Notes: generated from the letters alone by a model not told the origin. A stretch of 39,644 nt of DNA from an uncultured bacterium (GCA_964573245.1 CAZNJA010000007.1:2581-42224), one strand, 5' to 3'. Counted from the first letter of the stretch, positions 28,181 to 37,728 are shown. Translations and numbers: made by a program.

Positions 28181-29866
28181 TTATCTTAACTTGATGTCTT
28201 CTACCTTAAGTATAACTGTATTTCGATTTGCCCATCTGTCTATTTGCGTGGTATAAGCTAAATCCAAAAAATCTTTTTTCCCAAACGTTCCTATGAAATC
28301 CGCTTTCCCAAACCCGATAACCTCTCTGTGAAAATTTTTGTCTTTAACCCAAAACTTTATATGGTTGGAGCCGACTTTCTTCGGTTCGGTTATCACCTGC
28401 AGATTTTTTGTTATAAAAATAGGTTCTTCATTATCCAAGCCAAAAGGAGAAAAAAGTTGGAATTCTTTTACCACTGAATCCGTCAAAACATCCAAAGACA
28501 TATACGAGTCCGCTATCAACGACGAGGTGAATTCTTCTATAGACAATTCCTGAGCCAATTTATTTATATTTTCTCTAAAGGGCTCTATATTATCCCTGAA
28601 AATCTCCAATCCGCAGGCGTATTTATGCCCGCCGAAATCCTTAAGCCACTGCCGCATTTTCGTCAAATTTTCGAACAAATTGAAATCGCCCACACTGCGC
28701 CCCGAACCCCTGCCGATTTCGTCATCCAAAGAAATCAAAATAGCGGGCTTTTCGAATTTTTCAGCAAGACGAGCCGAAACTATCCCAACCACGCCCGGAT
28801 GCCATGCTTCGCTTGCAAGCACAAGGATTCTGCTGTTAAGCAAATTAGAATCTTCCTGTATCATACCGACAGCTTGCTGGCAAATTTCCTCTTGCAGTTT
28901 CTGCCTTTGTTTATTATCTTCTTCCAGCAAAGAAGCAATCTGCAACGCTTCTTCTTCTGTTTCGCTTAAAAGCATTTTTACACATTTATCCGCTGTATCC
29001 ATTCTCCCGCCAGCGTTAATACGTGGACCCAAAATAAAAGCGATATCGCGGGCAGTGATATTTTTGCCGTTGATTCTTGCTGTTTTTTTCAACGCGTTGA
29101 TTCCGATTTTTTGGGAAGAATCGATTTTACTTAACCCGTATTTAACCAACACTCTATTTTCATCTATAAGCGGGACCACATCGCTTACTGTTCCAAGCGC
29201 GACCAAATCAAGGTGTTCTTTTGCAAAATCAAGTCCTTTTTGCTCCTGCAAAACTTGAGCGAATTTGAACACGACACCCACTCCTGCAAGTTCTTTGAAA
29301 GGATAGGAGCAAATTTTGGGATTTATAACAGCCAGCGCAGGTGGAATGCGAACACCTGCTTTATGATGGTCAAGGATTATCGTATCAATGCCTTTTTGTT
29401 TCGCCATTGATATCTCCTCATAGCCATCCATACCGCAGTCACAGGTTATTATTAAGTTTACGCCGTCATGCTCGGCTTTTTTTATAGCTTCTATGTTCAA
29501 ACCATAACCATCCTTTACTCTGTGCGGTACATAATAAGAAACATTCGCGCCGAGTCGTCTTAATGTGAGAACGAGCAGGCAAATCGATGTTATTCCGTCC
29601 ACATCGTAATCCCCATAAACAAGAATTTTCTCGCCCCTTGCTATCGCCTGAAAAACCCTGTCTGAAGCTTTGTCGATTCCGCCTAAAAGTTTTGGGGAAT
29701 GCAGATGAGATATGTTTCCGTTTAGAAATAGTTCGGCTTCCTGCACCGTTTTCACACCGCGGTTTATCAACAGTTGCCCGCTCCACGGGGAAATCCCCAA
29801 CGCGCTTGAAATTTTCCCCGCCAGAAACGGTTCGAATGGTTTTACTATCCAACGTTTGTTTTGCAT
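28181..29866 (-). CDS. recJ: Single-stranded-DNA-specific exonuclease RecJ
   Basis: GDYDVDG, DHH, LGTVSDV, PRINAGGR, GSGRS, GGH..ACG, PFG..N.EP. Confidence 0.97.
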   Translation of the reverse strand: MQNKRWIVKPFEPFLAGKISSALGISPWSGQLLINRGVKTVQEAELFLNGNISHLHSPKLLGGIDKASDRVFQAIARGEKILVYGDYDVDGITSICLLVLTLRRLGANVSYYVPHRVKDGYGLNIEAIKKAEHDGVNLIITCDCGMDGYEEISMAKQKGIDTIILDHHKAGVRIPPALAVINPKICSYPFKELAGVGVVFKFAQVLQEQKGLDFAKEHLDLVALGTVSDVVPLIDENRVLVKYGLSKIDSSQKIGINALKKTARINGKNITARDIAFILGPRINAGGRMDTADKCVKMLLSETEEEALQIASLLEEDNKQRQKLQEEICQQAVGMIQEDSNLLNSRILVLASEAWHPGVVGIVSARLAEKFEKPAILISLDDEIGRGSGRSVGDFNLFENLTKMRQWLKDFGGHKYACGLEIFRDNIEPFRENINKLAQELSIEEFTSSLIADSYMSLDVLTDSVVKEFQLFSPFGLDNEEPIFITKNLQVITEPKKVGSNHIKFWVKDKNFHREVIGFGKADFIGTFGKKDFLDLAYTTQIDRWANRNTVILKVEDIKLR

Positions 29867-30720
29867 TTTAGTGATATAAAATCTGTTAATATCCCTATCT
29901 CTTCCAAAGAAAGCGTTTCTCCGCGTATTGTCAAATCAATCGGTGAGTTTTCGAAAGAATTTGTTGGAAGATTTAACGGCTTGAGTGAGTTTTTTAAATT
30001 TTTTCTCCTCATCCTAAACATCGCGTCCGCTATTTTGAAAAACAACTCTTCATCCGAAACTTTTACCCTGGTGCTCTTTAGCGGTTTTAAAAGCACAATA
30101 GCCGAATCCACCTTTGGCGGAGGGAAAAACACATTCCTTGAAACTTTATGAATTATTTCGATATCCATATAAAATTGCACCTTCACTGTCAAAAAAGAAT
30201 AGTTTTCACTGCCGGGCTTTGCAACAAGACGCCTGGCGAATTCTTTTTGGAGCATAAGAATGATAGATGAAAACTTTTTCCGATAAGAAATCAACTTAAA
30301 AAGAATCGGGGACGCTATACTGTAAGGCGGATTAGAAACCACTTTCCAAGAAGAGGATCCTTTTAGAATACTTTCAAGGTCAATTTTTAGTATGTCCTCG
30401 TTGATGACCCTTACATTGGGATAAGAAACATCGACAACTTCCTTTAAAGAAAAAGCTGCGCCCTTATCTTTTTCTATCGCCGTAACATCCGCGCCTTTAC
30501 AAGCCAAAGCAAAAGTGAGCGTTCCTATACCAGCGCCTATCTCAAGGACTTTTTCCCCTTTCTTTATTTTCGCGGTTTCAATTATCTTCTTCAGTATATT
30601 TTTGTCCACCAAAAAATGTTGCCCCAAAAATTTTCTCGGACTAAGCCCTCTTTCTATCAAAAGATTTTTGACTTGAGTGGGTGTAGCCAAATCTAAATCA
30701 GGTTTATGTAAATTAGGCAT
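29845..30720 (-). CDS. rsmA: 16S rRNA m6,2A dimethyltransferase
   Basis: KFLGQHFL, EIGAGIG, SNPPYSI, MLQKE, FFPPPKVDSA; ATG at 30720 preferred as start. Confidence 0.95.
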   Translation of the reverse strand: MPNLHKPDLDLATPTQVKNLLIERGLSPRKFLGQHFLVDKNILKKIIETAKIKKGEKVLEIGAGIGTLTFALACKGADVTAIEKDKGAAFSLKEVVDVSYPNVRVINEDILKIDLESILKGSSSWKVVSNPPYSIASPILFKLISYRKKFSSIILMLQKEFARRLVAKPGSENYSFLTVKVQFYMDIEIIHKVSRNVFFPPPKVDSAIVLLKPLKSTRVKVSDEELFFKIADAMFRMRRKNLKNSLKPLNLPTNSFENSPIDLTIRGETLSLEEIGILTDFISLKCKTNVG

Positions 30721-30817
30721 TAGAGTATCTTTTTTTAGATGAACCCCTGCAACGTAAGACACTGGGAAAATATATTAGACCAAAGATTTAAAGCAAACTA
30801 TTGATCCCCTCCCCCAA

Positions 30818-31585
30818 TTAATATATGTCGTAGTCAAGTTCATTCTTCGGAGCACAATTTCTTATGTCAATAATTTTTTTAAACATATCTCTAATTCTTG
30901 ATTCAGTTCTTAGTTCAGTTGTATCTCTATACAAACTCTCCTGTACTGCTTTTAATCCAACCTCAAATTTATCATTATCAGGGTGATTCTTAAATTCAGG
31001 GTGCTGTAAATATATATCTGCTATTTCAGTTGTTGTATTGAATATTCCTAAAGAATAGGCAATGTCTGATATTTTTTCCATTATTTCTGGTTTAGGATAA
31101 GGTTTAATATTTTCGATTTGTTTTCCAACAGAACTTAAAGAATCTAAAATCTCTTTATCAAAAGATTTTAGGAATTTTACATTTTCTTTATTCCAACTCG
31201 CTAATTTTTCATGTATTGCTTTTAAAATAGCTTCAGTATTTTCGGTCTTCTTAAACTCTTCATAAGCATTACTAAAATCGATATCCTTCATCCCATCCTC
31301 TTTAGACATTAAATTAAACTTTAACAAAATCCTATACATAAGGACATTTAATGAGCTTGTAATGATATGTGCCTGCTCCTTGTTAATATCTTTGATCTTT
31401 TTATCTTTTCTTTTCCTAATTAAAGAATCAATTCCCCAAATAGTTAAAGATACTACTACCATCCCGCTGATTAAATTTATAAAGAAGCTGTTAATATCAG
31501 GGTGAATATCCAATTTGCAAAGTTTAAGAGTGATATATATAACTACCAGAATTAGCAAAATTATAACCACAATAATTTTTTCCAT
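30818..31585 (-). CDS. Hypothetical protein, 2 N-terminal TMs, very AT-rich
   Basis: 255-aa ORF; no motif recognised. Confidence 0.7.
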   Translation of the reverse strand: MEKIIVVIILLILVVIYITLKLCKLDIHPDINSFFINLISGMVVVSLTIWGIDSLIRKRKDKKIKDINKEQAHIITSSLNVLMYRILLKFNLMSKEDGMKDIDFSNAYEEFKKTENTEAILKAIHEKLASWNKENVKFLKSFDKEILDSLSSVGKQIENIKPYPKPEIMEKISDIAYSLGIFNTTTEIADIYLQHPEFKNHPDNDKFEVGLKAVQESLYRDTTELRTESRIRDMFKKIIDIRNCAPKNELDYDIY

Positions 31586-31600
31586 TTTAAAGTAGTTTTT

Positions 31601-31635
31601 TAACTTAAAACTTATAACTTACCACTTAATACTGT
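31601..31635. repeat. Heptamer array (NNACTTA)
   Basis: taactta aaactta taactta ccactta atactgt. Confidence 0.65.
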
Positions 31636-31637
31636 TT

Positions 31638-32873
31638 TTAAAGCGCCAATTTATATAGCCTTGCAATATCGTGTTCCTTAACTTCTACGGGATTGGCTTT
31701 TATAGGTCCCTGTCCGGTTTCTACTGCGCTTTTTACCATGTTGTTTATATTTCCCGGGTCAACACCTAATTCCTGCAATCCTTTATTCATGCCTATCTTT
31801 TCGAACAGTTCTTTTACTGCTTCGACTGATTTCATTGCTTCGTATTTGTTTGAGCCGAATGTTCTTCTGCCCATTGCGCCTGATGCAAGACAATATTTCT
31901 GCAGGGTCGTATTGTCGCCGTGTTCAATATTGAATTGCATGATATGCGGAGTCAAGGCGGCGAGCGTGGAACCGTGCGAGATATTAGGATAAAAGGCGCT
32001 TATCGGATGTGACATCGCATGTGGCAGTACAACGCGTGAGGTTGTTATTACAAGTCCCGCATAGGTGTCAGCCAAAGCCATGCCGCCTCTGCTTCTTAAA
32101 TTATCGCCGTCCCTGTGAGCTTCTATTAAATGATTGGATATAAGTTCAAGTCCCTGCAAAGCCATTTCTTCGGTGATGGGATTACAGCTTTTTGAAACCA
32201 GTCCTTCAAGGCAGTGTGTCAAAACGTCAACACCGCATTCGGCAGTAAGAGCCGGCGGCATATTCATTAGAATCTCCAAATCCACGACGGAGAGTTTCGG
32301 GAAGATATATTTCGAATATATTCCTACCTTATGTTTAAGTTCGGGGTTGGTTATTACGGAAAATCTGGTTACGTGAGAGCCGCTTCCTGAACTGGATGTT
32401 ATTGCGACGACGGGAAGCGTTTGTTCGGTTATCGGTTTGGGAGTGCTTTGCGATTGAGAGAAGGCCCATATCGGATGAAAATGTTGTTCCCCTGAACCGT
32501 CCGATGTTACATCGGACTGGTTCGGGGCTTTGCTATGTCCCGCGACTATGGCGATAGCTTTTGCCGCATCAATGGTTGACCCGCCGCCGAGTGCTATTAT
32601 TACATTACAATTATTTTTCAAGGCGACTTTCGCGCCTTTGTTCACTAATTCTGTCGTGGGATTGGGAGTGATTTTATCAAATAAAGTTACTTCTACTAAA
32701 TGGTTTTTCAGATGGTCGGTTATTTTTTGAGTAAAACCCAGTTGTTCCATGCTGTTTCTGCCTGTTACAAGCAAGGCTTTGTTTCCCAGTTTTTTGATTT
32801 CTTCGGAGATTTTTAAGGATACGCCTTTTCCGAAAAGCAGGTTTACTTTTGGAAGATAGAAATTAAAATCCAT
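31638..32873 (-). CDS. Iron-containing alcohol dehydrogenase with 13-aa palindrome-derived insertion
   Basis: PNPT, GGGSTIDAAK, SSGSGS, DVLTHCLE, HAMSH, HG. Confidence 0.92.
   Translation of the reverse strand: MDFNFYLPKVNLLFGKGVSLKISEEIKKLGNKALLVTGRNSMEQLGFTQKITDHLKNHLVEVTLFDKITPNPTTELVNKGAKVALKNNCNVIIALGGGSTIDAAKAIAIVAGHSKAPNQSDVTSDGSGEQHFHPIWAFSQSQSTPKPITEQTLPVVAITSSSGSGSHVTRFSVITNPELKHKVGIYSKYIFPKLSVVDLEILMNMPPALTAECGVDVLTHCLEGLVSKSCNPITEEMALQGLELISNHLIEAHRDGDNLRSRGGMALADTYAGLVITTSRVVLPHAMSHPISAFYPNISHGSTLAALTPHIMQFNIEHGDNTTLQKYCLASGAMGRRTFGSNKYEAMKSVEAVKELFEKIGMNKGLQELGVDPGNINNMVKSAVETGQGPIKANPVEVKEHDIARLYKLAL
32490..32528. mobile_element. 39-bp nested palindromic element, in-frame in the Fe-ADH
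   Basis: Minus strand GCCCCGAACC-A-GTCCGATGTAACATCGGAC-GGTTCAGGG, encoding APNQSDVTSDGSG. Confidence 0.75.
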
Positions 32874-32921
32874 TTTATCGCCCCCCTTTAAAATAGCCTT
32901 TAGTGTGTGGTATTTGCTTTT

Positions 32922-32956
32922 ACTATAAACTATTCACTATAAACCATAAACTGTCT
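32922..32956. repeat. Heptamer array (ACTATAA)
   Basis: actataa actattc actataa accataa actgtct. Confidence 0.65.
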
Positions 32957-33030
32957 TTGTATTTTGAGCTATTTTGCTCTTTAGGTCAAATTTTGTATAA
33001 TAAAGGGCTTTTTTAACCTAAGAGGAGAAC

Positions 33031-34107
33031 ATGACTAAATTACATGAACTAAAAAAAGCGGGGCAATCCCCGTGGTATGACAATATTACAAGAGAGCTTC
33101 TTGTTTCGGGGGGGCTTAACAAACTTGTAGGTAACGGCATTTTAGGGTTGACTTCCAATCCCACTATTTTTCAGAAAGCTCTGACGTCCCAGGCTTACAA
33201 AGCTCAATTGGACGAATTGAAAACCAGGAAGGTTAGTGTTGCCGAAGCATATGAGAAGTTGGTTTTCAAGGATATAGCGGATGCAGCAAATTGTTTTGCC
33301 GATGTTTACAAGACGAGCAAGGGAGAAGATGGTTACGTGAGTATAGAAGTTTCCCCGCAGTATGCTTATGACATCAACAAAACAATAGAGGAGGCAAAAA
33401 GGACTTTTGGGGTTTTAAGTAGTCCAAATATAATGATTAAAATTCCCGCTACAAAGGAAGGGTTCCCTGCGATAAAGGAAGTCATAGCGTCCGGAATAAA
33501 CGTGAACGCGACATTGATATTTTCGCTGTCTCACTATGAGCAGACGGCTAACGCATATATAGAAGGTCTCGAAAAACGACTTGCAGAAGGAAAAGATTTG
33601 TCAGGCATTCATTCAGTAGCCAGCGTGTTTGTTTCAAGAGTAGACAGTGATGTTGATAAGGCTTTAGACTCAAAAGGGAACAAGCAATTAAGAGGGCTTG
33701 CTGCTGTCGCTAACGCAAAGATAATCTACGAAAAGTTCAAAGAGATTTTTCACAGCGAAAGATTCAAAAAGTTACAGGAAAAAGGCGCAAATACACAAAG
33801 AGTGCTTTGGGCGTCTACTTCATCCAAGGACCCTGCTTATTCCAAAATTAAATATGTCGAAGAATTGATTGGATCCGACACTGTAAATACTATGCCTGAA
33901 GCAACAGTAGATGCTTTTCTTCAATCCGGCGAGGTGAAAGTTTCTATTGAAGCAAACTTACAGGAAGCGAAAAACGCGATTGAAAATTTGGCTAAAGAAG
34001 GCATAAATATCAATGCGGTTTGCGACAAGCTTCAATCTGTGGGAGTTGAAAAATTTATTGAATCGTTTGATTCCTTGATGAATTCTATTTCTAAAAATAT
34101 TTTATAG
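33031..34107 (+). CDS. tal: Transaldolase (long type)
   Basis: GQSPWYDNI, GLTSNPTIF, VSIEVSP, MIKIPAT, NATLIFS, VASVFVSRVD, LWASTS, VNTMP. Confidence 0.95.
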   Translation: MTKLHELKKAGQSPWYDNITRELLVSGGLNKLVGNGILGLTSNPTIFQKALTSQAYKAQLDELKTRKVSVAEAYEKLVFKDIADAANCFADVYKTSKGEDGYVSIEVSPQYAYDINKTIEEAKRTFGVLSSPNIMIKIPATKEGFPAIKEVIASGINVNATLIFSLSHYEQTANAYIEGLEKRLAEGKDLSGIHSVASVFVSRVDSDVDKALDSKGNKQLRGLAAVANAKIIYEKFKEIFHSERFKKLQEKGANTQRVLWASTSSKDPAYSKIKYVEELIGSDTVNTMPEATVDAFLQSGEVKVSIEANLQEAKNAIENLAKEGININAVCDKLQSVGVEKFIESFDSLMNSISKNIL

Positions 34108-34372
34108 AAAAATCCCTGAATTCGCCTGTATATCCTTCCAATTTGATATCGACATTTTTTACTGTTGCTTGGGGAGGTCCTTCTCGCGCCCATTCTATAA
34201 CTTTTCCTACGTTTTCTTTATTGCCTTCCAAAACTGCTTCCACTCGTCCGTCAGGCAGGTTTTTCGCCCAACCGGTAACATTGACTTCGTGAGATACCTG
34301 CTGCATTGTATAACGAAAAAATACACCCTGGACCCTTCCCGAAATGATTATATGCGCCCTTACTTTAGCCAT
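34091..34372 (-). CDS. acyP: Acylphosphatase
   Basis: ISGRVQGVFFR, GWAKNLPDGRVE, GPP; start at the MAKVRAH ATG. Confidence 0.95.
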   Translation of the reverse strand: MAKVRAHIIISGRVQGVFFRYTMQQVSHEVNVTGWAKNLPDGRVEAVLEGNKENVGKVIEWAREGPPQATVKNVDIKLEGYTGEFRDFSIKYF

Positions 34373-34389
34373 TTTATCTCGCCGATTAA

Positions 34390-34431
34390 AGTATAAAATA
34401 TTTTGAGATGTAATACAAAATAGGATACAAT
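34390..34431. promoter_or_regulatory. Overlapping divergent acyP / trpB promoters
   Basis: Plus TTGAGA(34403)-17-TACAAT(34426); minus TTGTAT(34418)-17-TATACT(34395). Confidence 0.6.
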
Positions 34432-34438
34432 AACACAA

Positions 34439-35647
34439 ATGAAAAACAAGTTACCTGACAAAATAGGCAAGTGGGGAAAGTTTGGGGGTAAATTTGTTCC
34501 TGAGACGCTTATGGTTGCCCTGGAGGAATTGTCTTCTGCCTATAGCAAGGCAATAAAGGACAACAAATTTAAAAAAGAACTTGCTTACTATCTTAAGCAA
34601 TATGCTGGAAGGCCTACTCCGCTGTATTATGCAGAAAGATTCAGTGAAAAGGCGGGGGTTAAAGTTTATCTAAAAAGAGAAGACCTTCTTCATACCGGCG
34701 CTCATAAAATAAATAATACGATAGGCCAGGCTCTTTTAGCTAAAAGAATGGGCAAAAAGCGACTTATAGCCGAAACGGGTGCAGGTCAGCACGGTGTAGC
34801 CACTGCAACGGTGGCCGCACTTTTAGGTATGCCTTGCGAAGTTTATATGGGTGAAGAGGATATAAGAAGACAGAAGCTTAATGTTTTCAAAATGCGGTTA
34901 TTAGGAGCAACAGTTATTCCGGTAAAAACAGGAAATAAAACTTTAAAAGACGCAATCAACGAAGCTTTAAGAGATTGGGTGACGAATGTAAAAACTACTT
35001 ATTATCTTTTGGGGTCGGTTGTCGGTCCCTATCCTTATCCTGTTATAGTCCGGGATTTTCAGACAGTAATAGGGAAAGAAACGAAACGGCAAATCCGCGA
35101 ACTTGAGGGCAGGCTGCCTGAATATATAGTTGCCTGTGTAGGCGGCGGCAGTAATTCTATTGGCATATTTTATCCTTTTTTCAAAGAAAGAAAAGTTAAA
35201 CTTATAGGTGTTGAAGCAGGGGGATTTGGGCTTGCATCCGGCAAGCACGGGGCTTCATTATGCAAAGGTAAAGAAGGAGTTCTTCATGGAGCTCGAACTT
35301 ATATACTGCAAGATAAAAATGGACAGATTTCTCCAACACACTCCGTGGCGCCCGGGCTTGATTATTCCGGCGTGGGGCCAGAACACGCATATTTAAAAGA
35401 AACAGGCAGAGCATCTTACTATACGGTGAAAGACAAAGATGCAGTTAACGCCTTTTTTATGCTCTCGCATCTTGAAGGTATACTACCTGCTTTAGAATCG
35501 TCTCATGCGCTGGCTTGGGTTAAAAATTTTTCTGCAAATTTCAAAAAAGGTGATATAGTCGTTGTCAATCTTTCCGGTCGCGGAGATAAAGATGTGGATA
35601 TCGTAGAAGAATGGACTCGCCCCGTTAGAGATTTAAAAAAACGCTAA
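34439..35647 (+). CDS. trpB: Tryptophan synthase beta chain (C-terminus supplied by an inserted element)
   Basis: [47 protein letters not shown]. Confidence 0.98.
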   Translation: MKNKLPDKIGKWGKFGGKFVPETLMVALEELSSAYSKAIKDNKFKKELAYYLKQYAGRPTPLYYAERFSEKAGVKVYLKREDLLHTGAHKINNTIGQALLAKRMGKKRLIAETGAGQHGVATATVAALLGMPCEVYMGEEDIRRQKLNVFKMRLLGATVIPVKTGNKTLKDAINEALRDWVTNVKTTYYLLGSVVGPYPYPVIVRDFQTVIGKETKRQIRELEGRLPEYIVACVGGGSNSIGIFYPFFKERKVKLIGVEAGGFGLASGKHGASLCKGKEGVLHGARTYILQDKNGQISPTHSVAPGLDYSGVGPEHAYLKETGRASYYTVKDKDAVNAFFMLSHLEGILPALESSHALAWVKNFSANFKKGDIVVVNLSGRGDKDVDIVEEWTRPVRDLKKR

Positions 35648-35720
35648 AGATTTATCAACCCAATGAAAAAGGGTACTTGTTATAATATTTATGAGCAATC
35701 TATTAAATCTCTAACGGGGT
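35617..35720. mobile_element. 104-bp palindromic miniature element (copy 2)
   Basis: 17-bp perfect arms CCCCGTTAGAGATTTAA / TTAAATCTCTAACGGGG; same termini as 19093-19167. Confidence 0.85.
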
Positions 35721-35732
35721 AAAAGGGAAACA

Positions 35733-36533
35733 ATGAACAGAATAGAAAACAAATGGAAGGGACTGAAAAAGAAAGGGTTAAAAGCATTTATCCCCTTTGT
35801 TACAGCAGGAGACCCCTCGCTGGAAGACACTTATAAACTTGTCTTAGAAATGGAAAGGCAGGGTGCGGATATTATTGAGTTGGGTGTGCCTTTTTCCGAC
35901 CCGATTGCAGACGGCCCCGTGATTCAGTTCTCCTCTCAAAGAGCTCTGGAAAAAGGAGTAACATTAAATAAAATTTTTGGTTTGGTCAAGGATTTAAGAA
36001 AAAAAACAGATATTCCTCTCGTCTTTTTGACATATTACAATCCTGTTTTTCATTATGGCGTTAAAAAATCCGTTGACGATTGTGTTGAATGCGGCGTTGA
36101 CGGTGTAATAATAGCCGACCTACCTCCGGAAGAAGCGAAAGAACTAAAAACATTTTCCAAGAAAAAAGGATTGGATACGATTTTCTTGGCAGCGCCTACA
36201 TCTTCAAAAGAGAGATTGCATAAAGTTGCCACAGCATCCGCAGGATTTATTTATTGTGTTTCGGTCGCCGGCGTAACAGGGGTTAGGAATTCATTAGCGC
36301 AGAGTTTAAAGAAAAGAGTTATGGACATTAAAAATCTCACTGATAAGCCTGTTGCCGTAGGTTTTGGCGTTTCGAACATCAAAACCGCAAGGTGGGTTGC
36401 TTCATTTGCCGACGGGGTCATTGTAGGAAGCGCAATCGTAAAAGTTATACAGAATAACCTTTACAAAAAGGATTTAATCAATAAAGTTGGGAAATTAGTT
36501 AAAGATTTGGCTTCGGCAATTCATAACGTTTAA
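35733..36533 (+). CDS. trpA: Tryptophan synthase alpha chain
   Basis: TAGDP, ELGVPFSDPIADGPVIQ, TYYNP, DLPPEE, GVTG, VGFG, ADGVIVGS. Confidence 0.98.
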   Translation: MNRIENKWKGLKKKGLKAFIPFVTAGDPSLEDTYKLVLEMERQGADIIELGVPFSDPIADGPVIQFSSQRALEKGVTLNKIFGLVKDLRKKTDIPLVFLTYYNPVFHYGVKKSVDDCVECGVDGVIIADLPPEEAKELKTFSKKKGLDTIFLAAPTSSKERLHKVATASAGFIYCVSVAGVTGVRNSLAQSLKKRVMDIKNLTDKPVAVGFGVSNIKTARWVASFADGVIVGSAIVKVIQNNLYKKDLINKVGKLVKDLASAIHNV

Positions 36534-36584
36534 TCGGGATGCAGAAATATTCGCGCTTTAGCGCGGAAAGCCCCATTCCATCGC

Positions 36585-37709
36585 ATGATAAAAACTTATC
36601 GCATATTTTATCTGATTACGGAACTTAATGTTGGTGGCGCTGAAAATTCCTTATATCAATTAGTTACACACCTCAATTCCCAGAAATTTTTACCTATAGT
36701 TTTTTCTTTAGGCGGTGAAGGTAAAATTGCACAGAAGTTAAGAGAAAAAGGAATCGAAGTAATTTGTCTTGGTGCGAAACATAAATTCGATTTAACAGTT
36801 TTTTTTAAACTGTTAAAATTTATACGCCTGAAAAAACCGCATATTCTCCACACCTATCTTTTTCATGCTAATTTTATAGGAAGAATCGCAGGCCGCATTG
36901 CAGGTATCCCCATCACAATTTCTTCAGTCAGGACTATGGAAAAACAAAAATGGCACCATGTGTATCTGGATATGCTGACCTCTTGGATGGTAAATAAAGA
37001 AATTTGTGTGTCTAAAGATGTAGAGGAATTTACTAAAAAATATGCAAAAGTTCCCGCTAATAAACTGACCACAATATATAATGGAATAAATTTTGAAGAC
37101 ACACATGTTACTAAAAATACAGAAGATAAAAAGAAGGAACTAAATATAAATCAATTTAATCCTATAATCGGTACTGTTGGCCATTTGACAATGGTTAAAG
37201 GGGTAAATCATTTGTTGCGAGTTTTCAAATTAGTCCTTAAATCTTATTCCAATGCTTGCCTTTTAATTGCAGGAGACGGGCCGGAAGAAAAAAAACTAAA
37301 AGAATTGACTTTGCGGTTAAATATTACTGATTCAGTTAAATTCCTGGGGTTCAGAGAGGATGCATTAGAAATTATTAACATAATGGATATTTTTGTATTG
37401 CCTTCCCTCTGGGAGGGTATGCCAAATGTCATTCTTGAGGCATGTGCTTTAGGTAAACCTGTAGTATCAACAAGTGTAGGGGGTGCTAAAGAAATAATTA
37501 AACACGGGGAAACGGGATTTTTAGTTCCTGTTCGTAACTACAAGGATTTAACCAAAGCCATAAAAACGCTTATTGAAAATCCAAAAAAGAGAGAAGAATT
37601 CGGCCGGAAAGGGAAAGAATTCGTGCTAAAAAATTTCTCTTTGGATAAAATGGTTAAGAGTACCGAGAAACTTTATGAGCAACTAATTTCTCAAATGCCA
37701 CTAAAATAA
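36585..37709 (+). CDS. Glycosyltransferase family 4
   Basis: GGAE, HTYLFHA, IYNGI, PSLWEGMPNVILEA. Confidence 0.93.
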   Translation: MIKTYRIFYLITELNVGGAENSLYQLVTHLNSQKFLPIVFSLGGEGKIAQKLREKGIEVICLGAKHKFDLTVFFKLLKFIRLKKPHILHTYLFHANFIGRIAGRIAGIPITISSVRTMEKQKWHHVYLDMLTSWMVNKEICVSKDVEEFTKKYAKVPANKLTTIYNGINFEDTHVTKNTEDKKKELNINQFNPIIGTVGHLTMVKGVNHLLRVFKLVLKSYSNACLLIAGDGPEEKKLKELTLRLNITDSVKFLGFREDALEIINIMDIFVLPSLWEGMPNVILEACALGKPVVSTSVGGAKEIIKHGETGFLVPVRNYKDLTKAIKTLIENPKKREEFGRKGKEFVLKNFSLDKMVKSTEKLYEQLISQMPLK

Positions 37710-37728
37710 TTTTTCTAAGAAAAACGTT

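Noticed and set aside
26303-29871. Long antisense ORFs (e.g. 26303-26836, 28680-29258), and likewise 3004-3537 and 12456-12953
   Set aside because: They overlap well-supported genes on the opposite strand and show no recognisable motifs.
34373-34438. N-terminal extension of the acylphosphatase ORF, and a trp attenuator
   Set aside because: The region is occupied by divergent promoters. There is no Trp-codon leader peptide or terminator.
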